Source: Vitrella brassicaformis CCMP3155 (Eukaryota > Protista > Chromerida). Taken from it: 64,000 nt of DNA. Shown here piece after piece: positions 48,321-60,689 of the stretch; positions within the stretch are counted from its first letter, which is position 1; every line of letters starts with the position of its first letter. The DNA lies in assembly GCA_001179505.1 (NCBI GenBank), contig CDMY01000456.1, positions 248,001 to 312,000 on the forward strand, in the 5' to 3' direction. The translations under genes and the position numbers were made by a program. A model generated the notes under the pieces. It made no database searches, was not told where the DNA came from, and was given only the letters and a program-made list of their open reading frames with translations.

Positions 48321-48703
48321 CTCACTGAGTGCGATGTGCATGTGCAACAGACAGTGTGTTGGTGGTGCCTGTGCGTCCTTAGCCCATCGTCTGGACGGGG
48401 GCTTAGCCCATGTGCGGCGCGGCATGGTGTGTAGAAGACATTCATGATTGCGTCACTCGACTTGTCTCATTCGCTAATCAAGCGCAAGCAAAAAGAAAAA
48501 CGAGGCAAGCTTCGACGACCCGACACCGACCGACAAACTTCCTTACTCGTACGGCGCATCTCAGCCAGTCACGTCAACTGACTCTCGTATCAATCGGTCC
48601 TGCCCACCCTTCTCTCTCAGTTTTGATTTCGCATGCTTTGTGTGTCTCTCACTCGACTAAGTTTGTAGGTCTCTCTCTCTCTCTCTCTGTCTCTGGTGGG
48701 TAG

Positions 48704-51700
48704 CTAGGGCTCTTCTTTGATAGGTGTGCCCCGCGAGAACTCCGACCGGCGGCCTTTGAGGCTCATCTGGCTGCCACGCCGGCCGGGATGGCTGCCATAC
48801 CACACACCAAAGATCAAACAACACATCATGGCACAGACGACAATCTCGGCTTTTTCTTCGAGGTCGCGTGCTTGCGTACCTCTCCACTTCGTCGACGTAT
48901 TGGAAATCGATTGCGGCGAGGGGCACCCAGGAGGGCTCCCATTCAACGGGGTCGGCGCCCTGGGGGATGGCCCACTTGAGCAGCGCGTCACCCGTGACGT
49001 ACCTGAGATCTACCACTTCGGCACGGCACCAACCGTACTCATCGTACCACACCTGATGTACCAAGAAAGGAAACCCGATGGTGTCTCGTGTCTCGTTCCG
49101 ACGAGGGAGGCATCGACCTGTATCTTTCGTCCGGGTGCGATCTCGGCCCACTCTCCCTGGGTGACGGCAAGGGAGCTGCGGAGCTTGGCTGCCACCTGCT
49201 CGATGGTCTCGACCTGCTGGTCGGCGATCTCGGTCTCGATGGGAGGCGGCACCTGTCATTCAGGCAGGGATGACACGCGTTCGGGCAGAGGCGAAGGTGA
49301 GTCTCTGCGTGTGCAAGTGCCTTGATGATGGTGCTGCCGGTCATTCGGATGAGGTGAAAGATGAGACACACGACCGACAGCGTGGCATACGCCGCCGCAA
49401 ACCTCCACTTGTAAAACTCCGTCAGCCCCTGTATGAAAGGACACGCCCACACACAGAAATAGGCATATCAACGAAGCCCCCCCCTCTCTCCTATGTGTGT
49501 TGATATACTTCAGGGTATGGGTACTGGAGGTCGGTCCATCCAAAGATGCCTGTTTGTGACTGGTGGATCATGCCAAGTCCGGCCAGGAGGGTGCCCACGA
49601 GGCCCCAGGCGGCGGCGAGCAGCAACTTGCGGTCGATGAGGTACACCATGATGGCCGTCCATATCACCGACGAGAAGATCGAACCGAGACCGAAACCGCC
49701 GAGACCGAACCGAGAGGGGTCACTCTCCTGCACACACACAAAGAACGAAAGAAGTTACGGATTGCGGTGTGGCTCCCTCTCCCTTGTAGGTCGTGCGTGT
49801 GCTGTGTGGACAGGTACAGAGAAGCTGCCGCCGGTGCCTGCGGCGAATTTCCATCCCCAGTCGGCCAGCACGGGCATCAGACCCACAGCAAAGGCCGGGA
49901 AGTGACGCACGGCCAAACCCTGCACACACACAAGCACGCCACAAATACCATACAGCAACTCACGTGTCTCCCTCCCCATCACCCCGCACACCCACCCCCG
50001 CGGCGTCCATGAAGATCATGAGTCCCACGAAGATGATCATGGGCGCGACGGCCCCCTCGGGCACCAGCTTGAGGATGGCGCCAAACACGCCGAAGAGCGA
50101 CAGGGCGCTGAATACCACCGCCACCATGCCGGCGTAGTAGATGGACGCACCTGTGTCGTATGTATGCGTCGGCAGTGAGTATATCATTTTACATTAATTC
50201 TTCAGTGCAAAGTGCAAGTCTGTCTGTCTCCTGTTGGTTCATCCATCCCTCACGCACCCATGCGTTTGTACGCCGGCTGACCGATGTACACACCGACCGC
50301 CAAAGGGTTGCCCAAGAAAACTGCACACCACCCACGGAGACAATCCAGATGATCAGCCAGCGAGCGGTCGACTGGGCACATCAAATGCCTGTGATGAGGT
50401 TGAGGGCCCCGTCGAAGAGGAGGCAGGTGCGCATGGGGTAGCGGTCTCCGGTGCGGCTGGCGGAGTAGACGTTGAGGATGGTGCCCATCGAGTTGGTGAC
50501 TGCACGCACGTGCCACAGACAGATGGATGAGCGCAGGCATAGAGGTTCGGTCGGTCCTTGTTCCCTTCCCACTCACAGGCGATAGGAATGATGGTGCCGA
50601 GATACCTGACGGATGGATGGATAGAGACACGTGACACAATGAATGCATTCAGGCACGTGCAAGATAGCTGGGTGGCTATCCGCCGGTTTGGCTCACTCAC
50701 TTCTGCAGCTCGACGAATCCTGACATGTCCAGGCCAACACCCTCAGCAGACCAGCCTACAAGAATCAACCACACACATGCAGGGGATTGGTCGCCCATTT
50801 CCTGCCACACCACACCCACCGATTCCGAGTCCCCAGAAGGTTATTTTGGTGGCGGCGCCCGAGAGGTCCTTCATGGAGACGAACCCCTGTATGGCGCCGC
50901 CCACGGTGCCGAATACCAGCACACACACCGCCACGGGGATGTACCAGAACTCGACCTCCGACAAGTAAGTGATGCCACACAGAGACACAGAGACATCCAG
51001 CCATTGCAGGCCGGAAACCCGTGCAGAGGGGGAGGGGAGAATGGAGAGAGAGGAAAGACATGCCTTCACTCGTCCAGTCCCTGTCTCACCCGATGAGGGC
51101 CAGGACGAGTGGGAGGAAGCCAATGAGCGGCGCCATGAAGATCTTGCCGAACCACTCCACGCCCAGCCACGTCAGACCGATGGCCGCAAGGGGCGTCATC
51201 AGACCAGCGGGGGGCACCACCTTCTCCACGTAGTTGCCCACCAGCGCCACACACATGGATATCACGCCTCCTAGAATGTTCCTGCACAAAACACAGGCCA
51301 GGGGCACAAAGAGGCAGCAAGGGAGACAGAATGCACGAGCTCCTAGTAGGGGCACTGACTCACGCACCCGAGCACTGCGATTTTCCATGCCTCCTCGACC
51401 ACTTTGTTGACGCTGGCGTACTTGACGGTGCTCTCTCCCTTGCCGGCAATGAAAGCCATGCCCTCCCCCATGATGGGCGCCATGATGCTGAAGATGAAGG
51501 CGAACCCCGCCGGAGACGAAATGCCGAACGGCATTGCACAGACGTCTCTGCGCCCCTCCCGCTTCATGAGCCAAGCGCCCAGCCACGCGTAGAACATGTT
51601 GCTGAAGAGAAGGCCGACCCCTGCAGCTGGCAGCACTCGGCCGAGGATGATTTTGTCGCAGAGCGGCTCCAGTGTGTCGTTTGCCTGCAGGACGTTGCGC

Positions 51701-51804
51701 ATGGCAACCATGAGAGCGAGGGCGGTGCATGTGTTGTCCATGAGCAGCTGGAAGAAGGCGTTGAGCTCGGCAGCCCAGTTGGTCTTGTCGTCTTTGCCGC
51801 TCAT
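48704..51804 (-). CDS. NCS2/AzgA-related xanthine-uracil-type permease with C-terminal Tudor/SH3-like domain
   Basis: ELNAFFQLLMDN, GRVLPAAGVGLLFSNMFYAWL..EGRRDVCAMPFGI, GNPLAVGVYIGQPAYKRMGA, IIFVGLMI, VYLIDRK. Tail WAEIAPGRKIQVWYDEYGWCRAEVVDLRYVTGDALLKW..WEPSWV. Includes two GC-AG introns and one GT-AC intron. Confidence 0.88.
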
Positions 51805-53780
51805 GGTGGATCAAGTCTGTCGGAGGCTTCCTTCTCTTAGTCAGAGCAACTCAATGTAGGGCTGCCTTGGGGATGACGACCAGGCGTGGACATCACCGGG
51901 GGAAGAAGAAGGCTGCTCGTGCGTCGCATGCGTCTGGGGGCTGCGGATTGAGACACCAGCCAACGGTCACAACGGCCGTCTCTTCCGGATAGCACCGCTT
52001 CGTTGAAACTTTTGATGTTTCCATGTCGATGTCTTGGTTTCGTTCCCACCCATGGATCCCACCCAGCTAGCTAGCACAGTTCCCCTCCCTCCTCCCTCTC
52101 CCCGGCTCGACCAGACCTATAGTCAGACCACTCCTATCTATACTCATCCATCCATACATCCATCCACGCAGCCAAACAGGCGGCCAGTCAGCCACGCAAT
52201 GCATTGCAATGTCATGATGCAGCAAATACAACAGACGCGCACGCGCACAATCGCACCAATGCGGCGTGAGGCATGTGTGCGTAGCGCGTAGGACTGACAA
52301 ACGATCCTCCCATTCATCCTCTCTCTCTCCTCGCCCGCGTCCACTCCACCCACGTGTGTGTGTGTATGAATGAATGAATGAATGATGGATGGCTTCTTTA
52401 GCCAGCCATGCGCCTCGCCTCACTCCCACCCATCCGTCTCGACTCGACCCCTCCCTCCTCAGACAGACAGGACAGACCCAAGAAGCCCCTCATCGTCAGT
52501 CAGGATTATATATGTATATCGATCGGCCACACGAGGCGGACACTCTCAGAGGTGAGCACGGTGTGAGTCATTGAATTGAAAGATGATCATGCAATCGATG
52601 TGCCCCAGTGCTCTGACTCCCATCTGACTGGTGGGTGCAGGACTCACTCACTCACTCAGTCACTGTGACGGCGCAAACGAGCCCGATAAAGCATCACGCC
52701 GGCTACCTGCTGGGCCAGCGATGATCAAAATACTTGAGCGGGCTACCGAGAGATAGGATGATAATAGAGATGACGCGTGCGGCTTATCTTCCTCGGTGGG
52801 TGGTGGGTGTCGGCCTCCCTCAGCAAGGCCACACCCACACAAGGGAGCCAAAAAGCCGACAAGTGTCTGTCATCACTCGGTTCAGCTTCGCTCAGCTCGT
52901 CTGACCGACCGTGACAAGAGTGAGGGAACCAGTGGGCACCACGTAATGGAGGGCAACCAAACACTTGAGCACTTAGGGGTCATTGTGTGTACTGGGTGTG
53001 TGTGAGAGTGTGGGTGTGGGTGTGGTGTGTGGACAGCTGGCTGAATTGCCTGTGCCTCAATCGCTTCGTTACGCAAACCATCAAGGAAGGACCAAGACAA
53101 ACAGACAGACAGACAGACAAACAGACAGGCAGAGAGACCGAAAAATCCATTAAAGGCAGAGAGGGGAAAAGTACGCTGAGGGGAGGCGACGGAGGGATGG
53201 AGGGATGGGTGGATGGATGGATGGAGGGGTGGGGGAGAGAGGGCGAGAAGCGAAGGAAAGCAGTGGGTGGGGCAGGGGAGGAGAGGGGAGGGGAGGGGAG
53301 GGGGAGGAGGGGGCAGTAAGAACCAACCACTCAGACACACTCCCACACCCACACAGAGAAATACACGGACCAACTAGACGTAGACGGCCAGGCTATACAC
53401 ACGGTATACGATCAAGGCAGGGAGGGAGGCAGATAGCTAGCTATACAGAGACACCACTCTCTCCCATACACACACACATGGACATCCATCCACACAGATG
53501 AACACCGGTACATGTCTGTACGCAGAGAGAGAGCACAGCACAGTAGCAAGTCAGTCAGTCAGTAAAGGGGAAAAACGAACGAACGAACCAGACAGGCAGA
53601 GAGAGCCAAAGCCAGACAGACCATCAGCACGCCACCACACCACCACATCGCGGCACACCACACCACACCAAATCAGCGTCAACAGAGCAAAGCAAAGGAA
53701 GACCGCAGAAACAAAGTGGAGAGGGAGGGGAAAAAGCAAAACTGAATCGAGCCCAGGCGTGGTGACGTGAGCAGGCCGCG

Positions 53781-55590
53781 TCATGTGCCGTGCTTGTGTT
53801 GGTGGTGGCCGAGAAAATCAAGAAACCCATGGCTACCCTGCACACACACACACGCACCCACACACACACAGTCCTTCCTCGCCCCTCTGTCCCCCCTGCG
53901 TGTGTGGCTACTTACCTTCTTGCCATGTGCCGCCGTGTGTGGGTGTTGCTCGACGGGCACCTTCTCCTCCTTTGAGCTCATACGCCGTGAGAGTATGCCG
54001 CCCGGAGAGTGGCTTGCGTGGGAGGCCTCCCGGCTGTGCACGTGCCGCCCGTGGTGGTGGGGGTGGCCGTGTGGCGCCTTCTTGTCGACGAAGCTGTCCT
54101 TGAGCAGCGCAACGAAACGCAGAGACGCCAGCCACCCCCACTGGCTCAACATCCTGATCGACGGACAGCACACAAATGGCTGGTTTGTCCGTCCGTCATT
54201 GCAATCGTGAGAGCACAGGAATTGACGTATCGTACCAGTGTGGGATCGACCCGCATAGGTCGACCTGCGTGATGCAGGATATCTCGACGCCAGCCGTGCC
54301 GTCGTGCAGGTGGGTGGGCCGCAGTCTGAAGCTCATGGTGTGCATGTGGCACCGGATGGCGGGCGTGTGCCGGTAGTGCGGGTTGCGATTGTCAAACGAG
54401 TCCATCGCCATCTATATGTCGAACAACACATGACACACCACGTGCCACATGTCGGGGTGTTTCTGGCGCTCAGGGTTAGGGTACCTTACCTTCTCGGTGT
54501 CGTCTGATGTGTAGTGGACGTATGTAGTGAGGACGCCGTCCTCCTCGACGACCTCGTGGCGCTCGTACATCCACACCAACGACTCACTGCGGGACCGACC
54601 AGCACACGACACAATATATGGGCACCTGAACGATTGGTTTCTCCTTCTGGGTGTGGTTTGCGTGCGTCTGTCTGTGAGTACCGCGGTGCGAGCATGCGGA
54701 ATGCGAATCGTGTGTGCAGCAGCGACACGCTGTCCTCGCCCTGCAGCCGCTCGCAGTCACTGCAGGAGGGAATCCACTCGTACCACTTGCAGGCAGTCAG
54801 CCGCTCAGCCACCGCCTTGACATTCAACCCACCAATACGCACCAGACTCTACAGGCACCAATACACAACACCACCATGAGAGAAATTGGACACCCCTCCC
54901 TCCACGGCTCTCTCGACGCACCTTAAACAGCGGCAGGTCATGGCCCGGGACGTGTTTCTTGTACACGTATGTGTGCTCCTTGGGGCGCACCCGCACAGCG
55001 TGCCAGCTCCCGTCATCGCGATGCATCTCACGCGTGGCGTCCAGCACCCGCTTCGCCTCGAGGCAACGCGCAGAGGGCGCGGGAACGGGCTTGCTCTCAG
55101 CCATGGAAGAAGTGTTGCTGTCATTGTAGGCCGCGACGGGGACCGTGGCAATCGATTGCGCGGACTCACTGGGTTTGGGGGGAGGGAGGGGGAGGGGGTC
55201 GAGGTCGGGACTGGCGGCATGCTTGGCGGTCTTCTGCAGCTCGGGGGAGGGGGGGTAGGCGGATGAGGCGTATGTGGTGCTGAGGGCGGGGGAGGAGGGG
55301 TCGTGGACCGACGAGGGGGGGATGATGGTCGTCTGGCTCTGGCTCGTCTCATTGGCACTCTCGACACTCACCCCATTCCAGTTCTTCTCATTGTTGATCA
55401 ATGGACTCGACGTGCCTTCCGTCTTGCTCTTGATGTAGTACTGGAGGTCGTCGTACGTCAACTCGTCCAAAAAGGCACCCAGATTCTCCTCCGCCGGCAT
55501 GACGCGGAGGCCCTTCTCCCGTGGGTCAATACAGAGGTCGCAGCTGGCCACGGAGGTGGGACAGCCCACACAGGACTGTTGCTGGCCCAT
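53781..55590 (-). CDS. START-domain lipid-transfer protein with MGxxxS/Cys N-terminus and His-rich tail
   Basis: W..VYKKHVPGHDLPLFKSLVRI, WYEWIPSC, LLHTRFAFRMLAPRESLV, VEISCITQVDLCGSIPHWML. Junctions are phase-consistent. Confidence 0.85.
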
Positions 55591-56209
55591 CTGACTGTCT
55601 GCTACAGCCGATGATAGCCAGAGCAAATTGTAGCAGAGTCGTTGAACTCGTTGTGTGCTCAGTCCCCCCAGTACGTCGAAACGCTGTGTTGTAGCTGAGG
55701 GAAGTTGAAACGATGGTTGGAGCTGATCAGAAGATGCTGGTGAAGACGTCAGACCGAGATGGTAGCGTCGTCGAACTCGGTGTTTGCCCAGTCGAACTCG
55801 TTGAACAAGCTTTCAACTCGTTAGCTGAGGGCAGGTGAGGGGAAGAAGAGGGGCGAAGGAGGGGGAAGGACTGATGTGTGGCAAATACAAACCCTTCACC
55901 TCACAAACCCTGTGGCGGGTTAAGGGTTCGGAAGATCCAAGGAGGAGAAGGGATCGAACGCCTCGCTCCTGTCTACGCTCACAAAGATGGGACAGCCCTC
56001 GTTGTCGGCCTTCCGGCAATAATGGTCGAGCTATTCGTGTGTGTCATGGATGGGCTGATCTCTTTGGTTTGGCTGCTCACCTGCTGCTTTCGGCGGCGCA
56101 AGTAGGCTGCTGAGTGTGCCCTCGCATCGTGCCGTGCTTCCCTCCCTCCCTCCACCGCCTCGCGCTATCCTTCGGCACAGTCTAATTCCCGGCGGCAGTC
56201 AACTCGACA

Positions 56210-57375
56210 ATGGCCACCCCTCGCGCTTTGCTGATGGCACTGATGGTCGTCGTCAGGGCATCAGCAGCACCGAGAGGTACAGTACGTGCACACCGATATG
56301 GCCATCCGCTCATGTGCACTGACTAACGTCACGTTTGTTCTCCGTGGACACAGGCGCTCAGGCGAGATACGAGGACCCCTCTGCTGTGGGTGAGCCGTTG
56401 CGAAAGCTTCAGGACGTGTGTGACTTCCACAGTGCTAATTGCGACCCCTCCGACTTTTCCGACATCTGCTCTTCTGGCCACTCCCAGAGAGAATACCGAG
56501 GATGCTACAGCGGATATGAGGTATTAAATGTGACACACTGAGAGAGAACGGAAAGTAGTCTGGACTCCTCCCTGTTGTCCGAGTATTACTTGCATGCAGG
56601 TGTATGACTTCATCTGCTCAAGAAGTCCGGGGCTTTATTGGGACATCGAGGGGTCGATGTGCTGCGGCTCCTGCGGGTGGGCTGGAATATGTACATAGTG
56701 CATTAAATTGTGGAGAACAATTCGACATTTTGCCATTGTATGGCATGGAACTTTCAGGCCTCACAGCCCCCATGAGGAGCCGGCCCGGAGCAACGACAGC
56801 CCCCCTGGCAGGCCCCCTGAGGAGCCGGGCAACGGCAGCAGGGCGCGCCATAAGGACGGCGAATCGCCCGCCTTTCCTGGCAGTGAGAAAGGCGAGTACG
56901 AGGGCAACGATTTGCCATCCAGCGATGCCTGCGACCTGTGGAAATGCTCGGAGGAATTTCGGGCGTCGGTCGTCGCGATTGTCGTGGTGGCCGTAGCGAT
57001 TGTGACATTCATCGTCGTATACCGCCGCTGCTCACGCTGCCGCAGCAAACGACTCACCGCGTGTGTCGACAAGTGCCTCCCCATCCGGGTGCGTTGTCCG
57101 TGCACTGAGCTAGGATGAAAAACAGAACAAACAGTAAAACACGTTCAATCTGTGTGTGTGTGCAGTGGAGGTCTCGCCAGCGCCAGTCGTCGGTGCCGAC
57201 CACAGCGCCGCCACCGAAGGGCAGCCCCGAGCCCGTCCCCTGCCCCCCGCCCCTGGCAAGCCTCAGCTCCCTCCCTCCCCCCAGCGCCCCTCCACCCTAT
57301 GATGCCATGCATCCCATGGCCGGCTACCTCTCGGCCAGCCCACCGCCGTCGTCTCCACCCCCGTACGACGACTAG
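56210..57375 (+). CDS. Type I membrane protein with Cys-rich ectodomain and PPxY tail, 5 exons
   Basis: Signal MATPRALLMALMVVVRASAAPR; Cys domain ending MCCGSC; TM SVVAIVVVAVAIVTFIVVY; tail with APPPY and SPPPY. Confidence 0.75.
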
Positions 57376-59001
57376 CACACGTGCCAGGCGCCCCCGCTCT
57401 CCGTCGACTTCCCGTCCTGTTGTCCTCCCCCTCAGACGCGCCACACCTCCGAGGCCCGAGGGCGCTGCGACGGCGAGGCCCGAGGGCTCGAGCCGAGAAA
57501 CCGGTCGAGCGGCCATCCACCAAATGCGGAGGGCACCGATCTCGCTCGAAACACCGCAGGGGAGGCAGACGATCGACCAGCCTGGAAATCCTGGAGTCAG
57601 TCGCTGGTGGCGACTCGTGGTCTTGTGTCTGTGAGTGAACAAACTCGTGTATGTATTGAATTTGTCTTGGTTGGCCTGCCCTGGTGGTGGTATTCATCAA
57701 TCAACAGAGAGATGGAGAGAGAAGTCTGGTTGAGTTGGGATGGAGGACAGATACGTACGTGTTGTGTGTATGTGTGTATGCATGACTCACGCGGTCTGGC
57801 TGGTGAAATGGGCCAGCCAGCGCTTTTTGCATTTGTTGGGTTGGCGCCGTGCCGTGCCGTGCCGTGCGCTGGTTTTTGCTCGCTCATTGCCAAATGTATG
57901 TGCGTGTGTCTGTGTGCATGTAGTCCATGCCATGTAAGGGCGCTGCCAGGTAGACGGGACGGGACCGCATGTGTGCATGACATGAGAAGGCAAGAAACTC
58001 TGTACGTCTGCATTCATTCCACGTGCAATGACTGTCAATGTGGTGTGCTGAGAACATCAAGAGGCCATCTGTCTGTCTGTCTGTCTGTCTGTCTGTCATC
58101 TGGCGACTGACCATTGCTGGCATGTCCTCAATCGTGGGCGGTTGACAGAGACGGGGAATCAGCTGCAATGTTTCTCGTCTGCAAGCTTGGCCGGGCGGCG
58201 CTGTGTGTGCGGCTCGTGAGAGAGCTACAGCTTCCTCTGCATGCATCCATCTGCGTGTCTGAGGCTGATGGCCCTCGGCTGGCACTGCCCAGGCACTGCG
58301 CAGTGATGACTCTGTCAGTCATTCTGAGTCACTATTGAGGCAGCGTGTTGTCATGAACCGGATATCGTTTGCAGCGATATTAGTTGTGCAAACACACGAG
58401 AGACCCTTGGACGCACCTCATTTTGCATTCATTGTCTCCATCGGCCAAGTGTTTCGGCATCCATCGCACAGACGCATACACCCACAGTGTCTGTCTGTCG
58501 CCCAGCCCTCATGCAATCTATACACACGACTTATCTATCATACAGCCAGCGGCCTTGATTGGACAAGACACACGTGGGGGCAAAAACACAGCCGTCACAC
58601 TCACCATATGCACGACACGCACACCGGACCATCTGATCCACGATCCACACAAATTGCGAGCTACAGCAAGATGTCAACGACGGCAAAAAGTGCCTCCTCA
58701 TGACCGACACGAAGCGAGCACTAGACGTACCGACCGACAATTAAAAACCGTTGGAGGCACCAGCCTGCCAACCAACGAAGACTGCCCCGCCCCCCCGCTA
58801 GTGTACGGATGTGCAAAAAGCTCTTTGCTATCCATGCACACACAGAGAGAGAGACACACAGAGACGCAGACAGACACACAGGGAGGGAGCACAGTGCACT
58901 CGGCTACTGACAAAGTAAGGCCCGTCACCGATCTGCTAGTAGCCGAGAAATGACCCGACGACCTAATGTCTCATGCATGACTTGCAGCATCAACTCTTTC
59001 G

Positions 59002-59522
59002 TCAATTTATTGGTTTATTTCCGGCCTCTCTTGCCCAGGTTGAAGTAGGCGCGCATGGGCGCATCCACCATGTAGTAGAAGAAAACCGAAAACACGGCCA
59101 GCGCCGCGGTGAAGGTGAGATTTCTAACCAAAGGGTCGCCCTCCATCCAAGAGCCGGCGAACCGCTCACCCGCCTATACCACACACACACACACACATAA
59201 AAACAACCAAAGATGTGTTCCCTATGCGCGCATTTTGTGTGTGTGTGTGTGTGTGTGTCGTACTTTAAAGACGGGGTTCTGGAGGATATAGATGGGCCAA
59301 GCCAGGTTCTCGGTCCACACGAGGGCGGGGTGGGTCATGACTTGCGCCAGTGGGTCGATCCCGACGGCGAGCGAGTAGATCAGGTACGTCCACAGGGGGT
59401 ACACGAAGTACCACACCAGCATGTAGCCCGTTTGGGAGCTGTTCTCGATGGTGAAATAAAGAATGAACACCACCGCATAGCTCACCATGACGCCGACTTT
59501 GAAGACAATCGACACCTGTCCA

Positions 59523-59563
<41 letters not shown>

Positions 59564-60689
59564 TCGTGGGGAATGGAATGACACACACATCGATCCCGAC
59601 GGCTCACTCACTTTGCTGGGGTCGATTTCGAGTTTCCTAGTGTGTGGGTTGTAGAAGTTCTCTACGAATATGCGCGCCACGCACATGCCGAGGATGCACA
59701 TAGGGACAAACATTAGGGGATAGAGCTTTAAGAATCTGACCCCCAACCACCCCGACGTGATGTCACAGCAGCCTGACGTCACCATCATTCCATCCAACCA
59801 ACACAAACAACCCACACACAGTTCACCAGAGGCTGCCCGCCTCCCCTCCCCTCCCTCTCGTCCATCGTACCTGGCCACAGAGTGCAGACCACCATGATTG
59901 CGTACAGCCCCCATCGGTTGACCCTGGTAATCCCGGCATAGAGTGGCTTGAAAAGCAGGTAGAAGGCAAGCAGCACGGAGAGGAACCATGAGGGGCCGTT
60001 GAATGGAAGGTCCTCCAAGTTGATGTCCCATCGCCACACGTGCACCAGGAAGATCGTGAGTGGCAGATGCTCCAGGTCCGACCAGGAGGGCGCGGGGAGG
60101 TTCCACACGCACAGCAGGATGGCGACCAGATGCAAAGGATAGATGCCCTTCAAACGGTGGTAAATGAACATAAAGTAGCCCTCCTGAGAACATAAACGTG
60201 CAGACGAGATGGGCGATGACCTGCTGTCAGCTAGCTCCGTTGTGTACCTGTTTGTTTTTCTGGGGGTCTTTGGCGGTGAGTCGTGTGTAGGTGATGACAA
60301 AGCCCGACAGCATGTAGAAGAAGTACACCCAAGTATACCCCCACCGTGACGGGTACTGGCTCTCCCACGTCGAATTACGCCATATTGGGAAATGCTGGAA
60401 GCCATAGAAATGATACCTGTGGTGCACACGCAATACCCAGGAAGACAAAGAGCTGTAAGACACTCAGACGCAGAGTCTGACGTGCTGGCACTGACCACAC
60501 GATGGTCCACGAAGCGATAAATCTCGGGAAGCCGAAAGCAGTGAGATAGGTGCTGCGGCTGAATTGGGATGGAGCGGGATCTTGAGCGGCATCGGTAGGG
60601 GGTGCTTCGATGTCCTTGTCCTGCTGCAGGCCGATGCTGTCGTCCACCACGCCCATCTCAATGCCGCTGTCCTTGCTGCCCCGACCCAT
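59002..60689 (-). CDS. Acyltransferase-3 (OafA/OatA-like) membrane O-acyltransferase
   Basis: FPRFIASWTIVWYH, FFYMLSGFVI, HRLKGIYPLH, NGPSWFLSV, PIYILQ, FYYMVDAPMR; about 10 hydrophobic segments. Confidence 0.88.
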
